In this document: piece by piece, positions 43,251 to 57,811 of the stretch
Numbering within the stretch: position 1 is the first letter of the stretch
Layout: each line of letters begins with the position of its first letter
NCBI RefSeq assembly: GCF_006345805.1
Contig: NC_043004.1
Location: 82,646,001 to 82,710,000 of the forward strand
Reading direction: 5' to 3'
Origin: Octopus sinensis
Lineage: Eukaryota
DNA: 64,000 nucleotides
Notes under the pieces: generated by a model
The model's input: the letters and a program-made list of their open reading frames with translations, nothing else
Databases searched by the model: none
Told to the model about the DNA's origin: nothing
Position numbers and translations under genes: made by a program

Positions 43251-43993
43251 ACGAATATAAACAAGAAGGGTAGTAATATTATTTACTACCAGGTGCCCAG
43301 CACAAAAGATGAATTAGTCATAAGACAAAAATATTATTCATATAGAAAAATATTATTCATGTAGTTATACAATTAAGGGCTCCTAAATTAAGATGCCGAG
43401 TGCTGGGAACACAAAAAGGGGATGGATTTATCGAGAGTGAAAATCAAAAACGTTTACCGATAACTTTTACAACTCGAACCGCGGTTTCTGCTTCTTTCTA
43501 GCAAAACACAGAATATGTTTGCTAAGGCTAGCTTCATCAGCGAGTCGCCTAAATTTAATCGAGGTCTGCGGCGATGTGGGACCATGTGTTGAACCCAACT
43601 ACTAGCAGATCTTAACTTTTCAAATCTCTGCGCAGACGCAAAAATTTACACGGCAGTATAGGGCATGCCCGGAAGAATTTTACGAATAAATCCATCATGT
43701 AATATACGAATATAAACAAGAAGGGTAGTAATATTATTTACTACCAGGTGCCCAGCACAAAAGACGAATTAGTCATAAGACAAAAATATTATTCATATAG
43801 AAAAATATTATTCATGTAGTTATACAATTAAGGGCTCCTAAATTAAGATGCCGAGTTCTGGGAACACAAAAAGGGGATGAATTTATCGAGAGTGAAAATC
43901 AAAAACGTTTACCGATAACTTTTACAACTCGAACCGCGGTTTCATCCCCTTTTTGTGTTCCCAGCACTCGGCATCTTAATTTAGGAGCCCTTA

Positions 43994-44000
<7 letters not shown>
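43251..44000. repeat. 455-bp-period direct duplication ending in a fold-back
   Basis: acgaatataaacaagaaggg at 43251 and 43706; 43944-44000 is the reverse complement of ~43821-43879. Confidence 0.8.
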
Positions 44001-44029
<29 letters not shown>

Positions 44030-44304
44030 GATACAGAGTTTTACAGATGATTGAAAATAGGCTAAAATGAAAAAAAATGGTTATTAAAACTCCTTTACTT
44101 CAACTAGAAATGGAAAATACTCAGTGTCCTAGAAATAGGACACTCAGATAATGTTATAGAGCATATTTAATGTTCTCATTTAGTCTCGTATTTATAGGAC
44201 AGTGGCCTTAATGGGTTAACTATACATATGTAGGTGTATGTATATGTATACATGTAATCTATATATATATCTGTATATATATATGTATATGATTATATAT
44301 ACTG

Positions 44305-44477
<173 letters not shown>

Positions 44478-44548
44478 ATATATATAATAGAAATATTTAA
44501 TTACTAAGTCTCTCTAAAGGAGATTACGGCGGCGTTACTGGATATTAA

Positions 44549-44996
44549 TAGTTATCGCCATACTAATATGGCAATCCATAAATATAAGGCTAAAGCTGTC
44601 GCTGATTAGCTCCAAGAAGCCATTGCCTCCAGCTAGCTATATGACACACGTACCTGCGTCCATTACAACCTTCGAACAGGGGAGGTCAGCCGCTTCACCT
44701 TGCTAGTCAGACATCTGCAGACATGTTTCAGGGTTGTTGCCCTTTATCAATGCAGCGTAGTCAGACTCAGCAGGTGTCGCTACTGACTGTCTGTTCGAAG
44801 ATTTTATTTACCTAGTTACAGTGGAATACATCCACTTGTTTTCAATAATAGAAATATTAAAATTACTGTTCGAATGTTGTAATGGACGCAGGTTCGTGTG
44901 TCATATAGCTAGCTAGAGGCGATGGCCTCTTGGAGCTAATCCACGACAGGTTTAGTCTTATATTTATGGACTGCCATATTAGAATGGCGATAACTA
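44549..44996. mobile_element. Fold-back element (~130-bp arms) with a degenerate hammerhead in its spacer (44715-44755, minus strand)
   Basis: Arms tagttatcgcc...ttcgaacag and ctgttcgaa...ggcgataacta; spacer reads ctgca-TTGATAA-aggg..ccct-GAAAC-ATGTC-tgcag. Confidence 0.75.
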
Positions 44997-45002
44997 TATA
45001 TA

Positions 45003-45134
<132 letters not shown>

Positions 45135-45191
45135 CTTACGTGCTGCTTGTATATATGTATTTTTATGTATATTATAGATATATATGTATAT

Positions 45192-45267
<76 letters not shown>

Positions 45268-45895
45268 TGATCCAACAGTATCACCGTACATAAGGAGGAA
45301 AAGCAATAACACTTCATAAATAACCTAAGCTTAATTTTTAAGGTCCACACTAGGACAAAGAACACTTCTTTTCTGAAGTAGACATAAGTCCTTTGAATCA
45401 ATTCATAGATCAACCGTGGACAATGCTTGATGTAATGCGGACTGGTCGATGAGGATATAACATCGATGTTCTTCCTATTGTATATACGTAAATCGGATAA
45501 GCCGCAAAATGCAGTAATACATAAACCCATACATTCACTCACATATATATGTGTGGGTGTGTGCTTTTGTATACATATATATTATAAGTATTAGATATAG
45601 TTGCCTTCATCTTAAGAAGCTTAGTGAACGATGTGTTTAATATTTTTGTTATATCCATTGCAAGAGGCTTGAAATAATACCCATAGAGAATGAAACTGAA
45701 TAACTGTATAAATAGCTTTTATCTCGTTTCACGTTCATTGTTAGTTCTTTCCTGACCCATGAAACGGCAGAGCACAGTGCAGCAGTTAATTTGAAGAACT
45801 TGTAACCTGACAAAGGAATTAACCTCCCGCGGTCTATATCAAAGAATTTAGCTGTTCATATAGAAGTAACCGGTTAATATTGAATTACAGAAAAT

Positions 45896-46837
45896 ATGGA
45901 ACTGAAGGACACACGCTTCTATAAATTCCTGGAATTCTATCGGAAAATTAATACTTTCCATATATCAGTTATGAACCTATCAACACTGAAATCACTAAAG
46001 CCTCGCATAATCTGTTTTTATGGTTGTTATATCGTCTATTGTATATATCTGCTTGCGAGACCTATTTTTGATATAATACAAATGGATCATAGCACATGCA
46101 GTGGAATATTTAGATATATTTACGCATTGTATATCCAGGGGGGGCTTTCAATTTATTGTCTGATTAAAACCTTCAGAAAATCTAAACACAAAGAAATAAT
46201 CGAAGCATTCACCAAACTTAAAATGGAAGAAAATGATAGAAAATTCTATAATTCTAGTTTTATATTTTCCGGTATATCACTTTATACATTTACGTTATTG
46301 CCTATTATAGTTAGTCTTATGACTTTCGTTTCTTCATATTTTACTGTGAGCTCTCAGAGTTCTTTAAGAATTTTTGAGAAAATCACCAATGTGTATCATA
46401 TGCTAATTTTAACAATACAGATTGTATTTTACAGTATATTATCTGCGTCCGTTATATGTGACTACTATATGAACTGTGCATTTAGTTTAGCCCTGATTTA
46501 TGAGTTTAATAAATTAGAGAATGAAGCTCAGATATATGTAAAAGAAAAGCAATCGGACACTTCGTATTTCTTTAAGAAATATAAAGAAATTCAAGAAATA
46601 TGTAACACTCATGATACTATGAGTAGAATACTGAATTTGGTAAATGAATCATTTCAGTTGCTTTCGGGATTTTTCGTACTCGGTTGTATTATTGGATGTT
46701 GCATTGCTACTTACAAAATAATAAATGATTCCTTGAAAACTAAATTTTATGAATACATCTATGTTACTATTTCGGAATTTATTTACTTGATGTATTTGAT
46801 AATCATTATTTGGATTGGAGTTCGTTTAAATACATCG
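45896..46837 (+). CDS. GR-like receptor unit 5, intact long exon of 314 codons
   Basis: Starts MELKDTRFYK; ALIYEFNKL; HDTMSRILNLVNESF; donor CG|GTAAGT at 46838; acceptor AG at 45743-45744. Confidence 0.75.
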
Positions 46838-47541
46838 GTAAGTTATATAATAATTTCATAAAATTCTCTTGTTTGATTTTATTTGTATTTTTATAATGCG
46901 TCTGACATCTTAAAAGATGTTGAATTAGCAGATTCTTTACTAAGTAGATAGATCACATTACATCATTTTCGCCTGTTTTCCATTATCAGATGTCAATTTG
47001 GCCACTTTTTCCCGATTGAAGAAATAAGACAGACCTGAAATAATGTTCCAAAATGTTTTTCTAATCCCATCTAAGTCAGGCTCAGCTTTCCACTCATTTG
47101 CTCTGTGTCTCGATCCGTCTGGCATTTTAGGTTTGTCTCTGTCTGTCTATCTATCTGTCACTCTCTTTCTTTCTTTTCCTTTCCTAGTTTCTGGGACTTA
47201 GCTACAATTCGTGTTACGATGTGTGGTTGGGAAGCCGCAGACATTTTCGTTTAAGGATTAGGCATGGGGTTGCAACACTATTTATATGGGAACACTAGGG
47301 GAAGACGTCAACGAGGGAACGAAAACGGAAATGTACTTCATATAAGGTAATAATCTGAGATACAATTATTCCTGTATTAAAAAGTTTTCAACGAGACAAT
47401 ATTCACTTTATTATTAGCACTTGCTCGTGTATATTTCAAAATATTTTGATGTTTTACACTTTACATAGACGGAATATAGAGAAACATGCATGCATAAACA
47501 CACACTAACACATATGCATATATATATGTAAATAACTACAC

Positions 47542-47586
<45 letters not shown>

Positions 47587-47859
47587 ATATAAATATCATA
47601 TATATATATATAATATATATACACAAATATATATAAATCGAATGGCTGAAAATATTTCTATAATAATTTGTACTAGATGAAGGACCAATTTTGTAAAGTA
47701 AATTGTATTAAACAGACACACGCACGCACACACAGAGTACTACACATATGTACATATACATAAATAAAAACAATGTTTCTTCCAGAATCTCCAACCCATA
47801 TCAGTACAGGAATCAAACATTGGATTGAAAGAACTGAAGAGCGGTATAAATGTCTACAC

Positions 47860-48478
47860 AATTATTTCTTCTTCCTCTCTTCCTTCTTTCTCCCCTTCTC
47901 TTTTCCATTGACACTCCTTTCAGATACACAGGCACCCACACACACATGCGCACATACACACACACACTCTCACAAGACAATTATTTCTTCTTCCTCTCTT
48001 CCTTCTTTCTTCCCTTCTAAAAAGAAATCGAGACACTTTTTTGAGAAGTGACATTTTGATCCTCTGAAATGACCAGCTAGGTTTGCCATTTCTAAAAACC
48101 AAGAATCATTTACTATTCAAAGACTGACCAGCTGCAAAGATGTCAACACATTTTTTCTTCTTTCTCTTCTCCTTCCTTTCCTTCTCTTTTCCATTGACAC
48201 TCCTTTTAGATACACAGACACCCACACACACGCGCGCACATACACACACTCTCTCACAAGACAATGATAAAAAGAAATCCAGACTATTTTGTGAAAAGTG
48301 ACATTTTGCCCCATCCCCACCCTTGGAGTGACCAGCTGGGTTTGCCATTTCTAAAAGCCAATAATCATTTACTATTGAAAGAATGACCAGCTGCAAAGAT
48401 GTCAACACATTTTCTTCTTTCTGTTCTCCTTCTTCCTTTCTTTCTTTTTTCCATTGACACTTCTTTCAGATAGAAAAG

Positions 48479-48500
<22 letters not shown>
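47860..48500. repeat. Three degenerate tandem units of ~260-285 bp
   Basis: ttttccattgacact.ctt.cagata recurs at ~47901, 48187 and 48447; gaccagctgcaaagatgtcaacaca occurs twice. Confidence 0.75.
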
Positions 48501-48510
<10 letters not shown>

Positions 48511-48734
48511 CTCTCTCACACCCCATTTCTCACCCTCTTGTACTCTCTTATATCCCTCTCCACCCCTACACACTTAATAATACTTTAAAAAGAGACAAAA
48601 TTCTTGAAAAAGTTCAATCTGACGACTCTACTAGAGTGGACGCAAGCGCTATATGATTTATAAAAATCTGTGACGTATTAATAAATATCTGTAAATATAA
48701 ACCATCCAGATTTCTGATTACCCCATTTCTTCTA

Positions 48735-48784
<50 letters not shown>

Positions 48785-49383
48785 TATATATTATGAGAGG
48801 ATATACAACGAACACGACTCTATTAACTTCATTGATGTTGAGCTTAATCTCATACAGGTAAAATACGAACGATGCCACGAGCCCAATTTCAGTCTTAGGT
48901 ATATAAATGTCAAAAGTAATGTTCCTAGTTATGTAAAAGGCTTTTTTTTAGTTGGTAATATTTCTAAAAGAATTCCTAATTTACCTTCTAATAAGGAAAT
49001 GTTTGACAAAAATGACGACTATAATAATGTGGCACTTAGTAATGCTGAATATAAACAAAAATTGGACTATTATCATAAAAATATGGGTGCCAGTAATTGT
49101 AGATGTTGCCTTTATTAACGATAGGTAAGCTTAATTGTTCTCGTGTGAAAAATGATATACAAAATATGAGAACCAGTGTATTAATTCCTTCTAATACTAT
49201 GAGGAATATAAATAACAGGATAAAAAGAAACAAGCCCCTTATATATTCAATAGCGCTCGAAGATTTGAAAATTATAATGCTTCAGATAAATACGAAACTG
49301 TTGGGTTCATAGTTCTATTCGCTAAGCAAACTAAGGTTAATTTGGTCGGAGTCTTATACAGACTTTTTTCTAAACATTTTACA

Positions 49384-50466
49384 ATGGAAAATATGATATG
49401 ATATTATTAAACTTAGGCTTCTTAGAATTGGTAATTCCGTATCTAATAATTTATGCCAGATTATATCTTTAATTAACGAAATAAAATTATCTAATTTTTA
49501 TGACACTTGTAACAGTAGTACACGCCATAACATTAATACTCATAGAATAAATGTTGTATTATTCTAGTCTTTTATTTGTTTCAGTCATCTGACTGCGGTC
49601 ATGCTGGAGCACCGCATTTTTAGTCGAAAAAGTCGACCCCAGGACTTATTCTTTGTAAGCCTAGTACCTATTTTATCGTTCTGTTTTACCGAACTGCTAA
49701 GTGACAGGGACGTAAAAACATCAACATCAACAATGGTGGGGGAAAAACACAGACACACAAACATACACACATACACATATGTATATATATACGACGGGCT
49801 TCTTTCAGTTTCTGTCTTCCAAATCCACTCAAAAGGTGTTGCTCGGCCTTTTGATATATATATATCACCAAACTTACAATTAAAGAAGACGATCAAGTAT
49901 TCTATAATAATAACACGTTTTCTTTTAAGACATTTTCTGTACTTGTATTCCTACCTGTAATTATTCAATTTATTGTAAATTTATTGCCGTTTGGCATGAA
50001 CGATATTGGTAGTTTATCAACAGTTTTTTTAACATTTATAATAATAGACAATTTATTAAATAGCATAACAACTGCGTCCCTGCTATTTGATTGGTATATT
50101 GATCTAGCAATTGGGACTGCACTGCTATATGAGTTTAATAAAGTAGCGAGCGAGGCTCAGAGATACGTAGAAGAAAATCAATCAGACACTTCGTATTTCT
50201 TTAAGAAATATAAAGAGATTACAGAAATATGTAACACACATGATACTCTGAGTAGAATACTGTATTTAGTAAATGAATCATTTCAGTTGACTTCGGGATT
50301 TATCGCACTCTGTAGTATTCCTGTATCTTGTACTGCAACTTACGGAATTATAAATGGCTCATTTAAAAATACATCATCTATATACATTCCCGTTATGTTT
50401 GCGGCTTCTTGCAACATGGTGACTTTGATCATAATGGTGTGGATTGGAGTTCGTTTAAATAAATCG
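49384..50466 (+). pseudogene. GR-like receptor unit 6: decayed 5' part interrupted by a SINE, 3' 200 codons still open
   Basis: Relic YDT...HNINTHRI upstream; open frame 49867-50466 includes HDTLSRILYLVNESF; donor GTAAGT at 50467. Confidence 0.8.
49572..49850 (-). mobile_element. SINE family B inserted in unit 6
   Basis: Reverse complement of the 3' two-thirds of 14739-15145. Confidence 0.85.
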
Positions 50467-51789
50467 GTAAGTTTTATATATAATTCTGTCAAACAAGTTA
50501 TTTTCGAATATTTAGTATAGATATTACATCATAAAAGATATCGAATTAGCATATTCATTATCGTGTGGAAAGACTGTGACTCCAGTAACATCGGTTTTTT
50601 TAAAGCTTTTTTGTATCATTCCTTCCATTGTCCGTCTTGTCACTTTCGTTTCCCAAATGAAAACATTGGATAAATGTGGAATAATGAACTAAAATCTTCC
50701 ATCCTTACCACTATGACTATTATCACCACCGACATTCTGCTCATTCTCTGATTACATTATTCATTCATTCACACTTTCTCACTCTTGGTTGTCGCATTTA
50801 GCAACCATTCATTGTAAAACGTCTTAGGGACGCCAAGCAAATTCTCGCTTATCCAAGAACTCCAGAAGGCTTGAGTGGGGAGATAGAAAACAATTCACAT
50901 AGACTAACTTTTGTCCTGTGTCAATAATGTCTTTATTTTCAGGACACAAAGGACCGACATTCTGATAACTTCAGTAACAATGTACGAATGTTTTTTAACA
51001 ATGTACGAATGTTTTTTCTGATGTTTTTCTGATGCATTTCCTAATAGTCTTTCTTTCTTTCTTTCTTTCTTCTTCCGCTTCTCCTCTTCCTCCACCTCCT
51101 TCGTCTCTTCATTTTGTTCTTTTCCTTCTTTTCCTCCTTCTGAATGTTTATTTATGCATACAAACCTGTGTTTTTTTGAAAATATTTACACATTACCAGC
51201 TACACACACACACACTCAAATATATATATCTGTGAGTTTAAGGCGGCGAGCTAACAGAAACGTTAGCACGCCGGGCGAAATGCGCAGCCGTTTTTCGCCT
51301 GCCGTTACGTTCTAAGTTCAAATTCTGCCGCGGTCGACTTTGTCTTTCATCCTTTCGGGGTCGATAAATTAAGTACCAGTTACGTACTGGTATCAATGTA
51401 ATCGACTTAATCCATTTGTCTGCCCTTGTTTGTCCCCTCTGTGTTTAGCCCCCTTGTGGGTAGAAAAGAAATAGGTAGTTCCTCTGCCTTTACGTTTTGA
51501 GTTCAAATTCCAACAAGGTCGACTTTACTTTTCTTCCTTTCGAGGTCGATAAATTAAGTACCACTTGCGTTCTTGGTTCGAGCTAATCGAATAACTCCCT
51601 CTCCAAAAATGTCGGGCCTTGTGCCTAGAGTAGAAAGGCATATATGAGTGAGTATCTGTATGTGCATATGTATGTGTGTCGTTGTGTCTATCTATGTATT
51701 TATCTATCTATCTATTTGTCTATCTACACATTTACACATTTATATATATGGTTTTCTGTCTATGAAAATATTTATATATTTATAAATGC

Positions 51790-51990
51790 ATACACGAAAG
51801 AGTCCTGAAAAGTTTCTGGTTTTATGTAAATGAAAATGCAGGAGGATCTGTTAATTACCATTTTATATAATATATTCCCCACTCAGATTAAAACACTTAT
51901 TGTAGCCGTCCGTCTGTTTTTCTAAATCATGTTAAAGAAATCAGAAGATTGGGCCTCCAGCAAAGCCTTTCGCGATACCCCTAATAACAG
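51790..51990 (-). mobile_element. Mariner-derived 3' fragment
   Basis: Minus strand carries RYNKC..L.GEYI-like C-terminal residues followed by a terminus-like sequence. Confidence 0.4.
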
Positions 51991-52135
51991 GAGGTTTTAA
52001 ACACACCGTCATACACATATACTCCCATGTATATATATATATTATACATATATATATATATATTATTGATAAAACGGTAAGATAACAAAAGAAAGAAAGA
52101 GACCTCAATATTATGTAAATAGAGGAAATTTATCT

Positions 52136-54557
52136 ATACAATATGTTACATTACTCGGTAGTCAAGATAAAACTCTGAGTTTCAGATGCCGAAGTGGAAA
52201 TCCACAACACCATCTCTTCGGTTATCTGGCTATTTGAAAACGTTATGAAAAATTACCGTTAAAAATGAAGGGAATTACTCTGTTATAACTCTGCTTTGCC
52301 TGCGTACTTATACATCGCTCGCATTTTTCGTCATAAAAATTATATAAAAATACATAAAAATATATAAAAATATATAAAATATATAAATCTTCTTGGGACA
52401 TAACACAGAAAGCATGTTCTATCCGTTTTCTTTAGGGGACCAAAAACGTAACAGAAATTTAGTCACATGTGGGCATGATCCGAAAAGCTCTGTCCTTGTA
52501 TTTAGACATGTGGTAGGGTCTAAGCTGCTTTTCCAGATAAGCCATCTCTCCATGTCGCATAAACCGCACCTTCCGCTGCCGTTAGTATAGGGCTTACATC
52601 TGGCCAAAATCTTCCATTGTATGTTATAATCGACACCTTTATCTCTTAAAGACCAAATATGATTGGATAATTGTGTCGCTATCGCCTAACATCGGTTGAG
52701 GACTCTCACAAACAAAAGAATCTAATATGGACGCATATCACATAGATTATTCTATGAAAAATATACCGATCCCATCAAAGGATTTTTACTCTAAGAAACT
52801 TCTGCAAAAAATTACTGATGTAATTAGCGTATTAGATGGAAGGAATTCTTTTTTTGACACAGAAGCGAACACCAAGGAAAACATTTGCTATCGGATAAAA
52901 TCCAAAAATTCCCTCCTAGGATTAAAGGCTTGGAAGATTTCGAAGCGGACCTGCTGAAGATCATGAGCAAAATAAAGTTTCGTAAGTCTTTTAACAATTT
53001 CCAACATAAATTGAAGAAAGATATTGATCATATAAAAAGCTCCAAGAAAAAAAGCACTTTTTCGGATAAAACCAAGAACTTATACCTGTAGATAACAGCA
53101 AATACACACAACTCTTACACAACACATCATTAATAATTATACTAAGGCTAGGGCACAGACATATAACGAAATTAATAAGAAGCTAGCGTCATCGCCGCTA
53201 AACTTAAATTATGAAAAAAAAAATAGAAAACTCTTCCCCCAAAAGAGGTCCTTTATTACTATTAAAGACCACAAGAAACTTCCTTCCACCCTAAATGTAG
53301 GCTTAATCAACCCAGCCAATTCAGAACGCAGGGATTATTAGCAACTAGAAATTTTAGATAAAATAAAACAACAATTAAGACCGATACATGCTATGTGCAA
53401 TGGTCCCAGATATATAGACATCGGAGTATCTCAAAAAGATTAGAGTTAAAAATAGTTAGTACGAGGATTTCTAGACACTCTCATCTATGAGGAACTTAAT
53501 TCTCAATGATGCGTTGCCCAGTTTTTTATATTATAAAGCTTTAAAGATAGTGGTTGTTTAGCGACCAAATAAAATATTACACCCTATCACATCCCAAACA
53601 ATAAGGAAATGAATAATCGAAATAGGAAGGTCATCCTGGTTACGCCCCCTTACTCACCCGAGGTGGCCTTCAATATAGGTAAATATTTCCTAGCACTGAT
53701 AGATAGACATTTTCCAGTTAACCATGCTTATAGGAAACCTCTCAATATACAACAATTTAAAATAGTTTTAGTTCAACTACCAATTTTAAAAACATAATCA
53801 ATCATAACATACAAAAAAAACACAAGAAGAAAACAGCTGTTCATGCAGGATAAAGAATTGTGCCCTCTAAAGGAGCTTGCATGTCCAAGACCATCATATA
53901 TGAAGCTACCGTAAACTCTATAACCACTAAAGACACCGTTTCGACGAAGAAATACGTGGGCCTGAAAGAGGTAATTTCAAGGCCAGGTTCAATAACCACA
54001 CTTTGAGCTTTAGGCACTGGAACAAAAGAAAAGCGACACAATTATCCAATCATTTTGGTCTTTAAAGAGATAAAGGTGTCGATTAAAACTACAATGGAAG
54101 ATTTTGGCCAGATGTAAGCCCTATACTAACGGCAGCGAAGGTGCGGTTTTGCGACATGGAGAGATGGCTTATCTGAAAAAAGCAGCTTAGACCCTACCAC
54201 ATGTCTAAATACAAGGACAGAGCTTTTCGGATCATGCCCACATGTGACTAAATTCTGTTACGTTTTTTGGTCCCCTAAAGAGAACGGATAGAACATGCCT
54301 TCTGTGTTAGTCCCAAATAGATTTTAATATTTTTATATATTTTTATGTATTTTTATATAATTTTTATGGACGAAAAATGCGAGCGATGTATAAGTACGCA
54401 GGCAAAGCAAGTTATAACAGAGTAATTTCCCTTCATTTTTAACGGTAATTTTTCATAACGTTTTCAAATAGCCAGATACCGAAGAGATGTGTTGTGGTAT
54501 TTCCACTTCGGCATCTGAAACTCAGAGTTTTATCTTGACTACCGAGTAATGTAACAT

Positions 54558-54565
<8 letters not shown>
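52136..54565 (+). mobile_element. Penelope-like element with ~545-bp inverted terminal repeats around a deleted RT/GIY-YIG core
   Basis: 52136-52680 is inverted relative to 54032-54565; core has IKDHK, KCRLINPA, PPYS, IIYEATV and FKARFNNH motifs; hammerhead-like motifs at 52165-52227 (-) and 54474-54535 (+). Confidence 0.85.
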
Positions 54566-54612
<47 letters not shown>

Positions 54613-55319
54613 ATATATAAAATATATATATATCGCACAGGGCCTAAACATAAACGGAACAACAAGGATAGACAAAGGAATTAAGGCGATTACATTACCC
54701 CCCTGTGCATAACTGATACTTATTTAATCGACCCCGAAAATATGAAAGGCAAATTCGACCTCGCCGTAATTTGAACTCAGAACGCAACCGCAGACGAAAT
54801 ACAGCTAAGCCTTACGTCAGGCATGCTAACGATTCTTCCAACTGGACGCGCTTTATATATGCATATATACACACAGTTATATACAGGTACGCACACATAT
54901 AGTCTTATGTATATACAGACATACAATCACGTAGGCCCACGCATGTATACAGTTTTGTATCAGGGTACCTCAGAAATGCTATATCACAACGTAATAAATT
55001 GTTACCATTAATGCTCACGCTAACATATTCATTAGAAGAATTAGAAGTATTCTTTTATGCAGTAGAGAACGGCCTTTTACTCAAGAAACGTGAATTCGGA
55101 ACCAATGCTCTATAGAATGGGAACAACTTGATTTCAATAAAACATCGTTATTCCCATAATTGCACTTGCGGCATAAATTTCATATATGTGTCTGTGCGTG
55201 AGGGTGTGTGTATATGTGAGTATGTGTGCGTGTGTGTATGTGTGTGTGTTATTATTCATATTTATATTTCTATACGCTTGAAAAGGTGTTCGTTTAATTC
55301 ATAGAATCTAAGTTTTGTA

Positions 55320-55560
55320 CGTTTTAAGAAGCTTAGCGAACAATGTTTAAATTTATATATATTATAAATCCACAGCAACAAATTTCAAATATTCCTTACA
55401 CGAAATTCATTATAGAGTTAAAATTGAAAAACTAAAGATCTTACATAAAAATTGAACTTGTATATTTTATGTCAACGATTTTAGCTCTGTCTGTGTCTTT
55501 GCATTTTATATCCTGCATTCAGTACATCTGATTGCAAACCTCATTAACTATGTTAATAAT
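55320..55560 (+). pseudogene. GR-like unit 7 relic (upstream block plus a short TM1 piece)
   Basis: AAGAAGCTTA at 55326; tctttgcattttatatcctgcattc..tacatctgattgcaaacc is homologous to the TM1 region; then interrupted by a SINE. Confidence 0.65.
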
Positions 55561-56181
55561 ATTGTACACTTGCCAGGTAGTGGGCTGGCAGAAACGTTAG
55601 CACGCCGGGCGAAATACTTAGCGGCATTTTGTCTGTCTTTACGATCTGAGTTCAAATTCCGCCAAGGTCGACTTTGCCTTTCAAGCTTTCGGAGTCGACA
55701 AATTACGTACCATTTGCGTACTGGAGTCGATCTAATTACCTGCCTCACTCACCCGCAATTTTGGTCCTTGTGCCTAGAGTAGAAAAAAAATACTTATCCT
55801 GTGTTTGCTTTCATTAATATTAATAAGAACAGAAGAGACATAAAACCAAAAAGAAACTATAAAATGCACGGTTACAAACAAAAAGAAACGAACCCATATA
55901 CACACACAAATGCACACAGTCTTTAAAACAACATTCTAATAATTTCAATAACGATTACTGATCTGTTAAACAGAATTTTTGGAGGACGTCATCTTTAATT
56001 TACGAAATTCGTTTTGGATCATTTTGCACTTCCTAATAGTCTTTTTCTTTTTCTTCTTCTTCTTCTACTCCTCCAGATCCTTCTCGGAAGACGTCTTCTG
56101 ATGTGTCTGCATTTCCAAATAACTTTTCTTTTTTTCTTTCTTTCTTTCTTTCTTCTCTTTATACTTATTCCTATAATAATA

Positions 56182-56219
<38 letters not shown>

Positions 56220-56313
56220 AATAATAATAATTTCATTTATTTGCCACCACGGCGAAGGATGGTGGGGGCAACAGAAAGACACACATAAAACGTGGGTTTT
56301 TGCATATAATTAA

Positions 56314-57800
56314 ACGAATGTTTTCGATCGATCCAAATTTATCAGAGCACCCCATAGTCAGCTTTGGTCAAATCCCTCCCTATGATGTATCGCATAAGGT
56401 GGAAGTTGTCGTGGATAGCCCTGCTTTGGATTGCGCACGTTTGCGCTTCTCCGACCAGGTTACTGATGGCAAACACCAACCTTTTCGCTAAAACCATGCG
56501 CAAAATATTAAATTCTGTGTTAAGCAGAATTATGGGCCGAAAATTCCCTAATCCGTCACCATTGTCGGTTTTCTTCCTCTGCAGTCTTACCACGCATCGG
56601 CTAACAGCACTAGAAATTCTCCCGCTCTGTTGCCAGTTGCAGTAAATGTCTGCCAAGTGGTTACCAAACAAATCTGACATGACTAAAAAGAATTCATAGG
56701 GTAGGCCATCCAAGCTGGGCGATCTGGGATCTGTACAATCGCTCATCGCCTACTAAATTTCAGCTGCTATTATTGGCCTTTCATATCATCTCGCATCAGC
56801 AGTCGAGATCCGTTGCAGGCCGTCTAGGTATGAACCGTCATCAACTGCCATCGCCCACCCCAAGAAGCTGCGCGAAATACTGCTAAAAAGCCGTACACTC
56901 GCCGAGTAATACGCACCCTTCCCGATCTGTTATACACCTGATTGTGGTTTTGTGGTTTTGTGCTTTTGACGCATCGCTACAGTTCGGGTCGATCAGACAG
57001 TTAGTTCCTTGATGTTTGAGTGCACGAGCCTTAACTCTAACAACCTTCGAATAAGTGGTCAAGGGCCATTTTGGCCGCTAACACATCGGTTGCAATGCCA
57101 CATCCGGTTATTGACGATTGTTCTCGTCAACTGTGGCTTATCTAGTTCCCTCATCCGGTTCCTGTAGTCTCTTCGTGTCGGAAAGGAGGCGTTTAACTTC
57201 GCGTAACCGGGTCCTTGTCTACGGTCCTATCTAACTTGACTGTCAAAATCCGAATTTGTGATCTGTGCAGCCAACCAATTGAAATTGTGGATAAGCTGCA
57301 CTATCCATATCTAATAACATAACAAATATTCTATCTAGACACGATCTGGATACCCCATTATGGTTGCTACATGTTCACAATGACATATCAGAGAAATCCA
57401 GACAATATCTATCAGACAATTGGAAGAGTCTGAGTAGGTTTTCGAGGCTTTTGCACGCGCTCCTTATATGTAGTAGACCTAGACATCCATGCATCCAAGA
57501 TACTATTCCAGTCCACTACAAGTACTAAACTTCAAGACGTTTCCAGCAATGTTTCTAAACACCTGAAGAATCTTGGCTTTCCAGTTCCTGTTGAACTTCG
57601 CTATCATACACATTTACCTGCTATCCGGGTCCTAGAAGATTGACTTTACTTCGAGATCTAAGGATTTTCGGAGTAACACTGCTACCCTGCCGCCCACTCC
57701 CGACAAACTACACGATGAAAATATCTCATAGTCATCGAAAATGGGCGCTGGTGCTTGCGCATTAAACATCCTTGTCTCACTAATTGCAGCCATATAGAAA
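56314..57800 (-). mobile_element. Degenerate Tx1/L1-clade ORF2 fragment (APE + start of RT)
   Basis: SPSLDGLPYEFF, FRPIILLNTEFNIL, QTCAI..RAIHDN and GRVAVLLRK. Confidence 0.75.
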
Positions 57801-57811
57801 TTGAATGTCTA

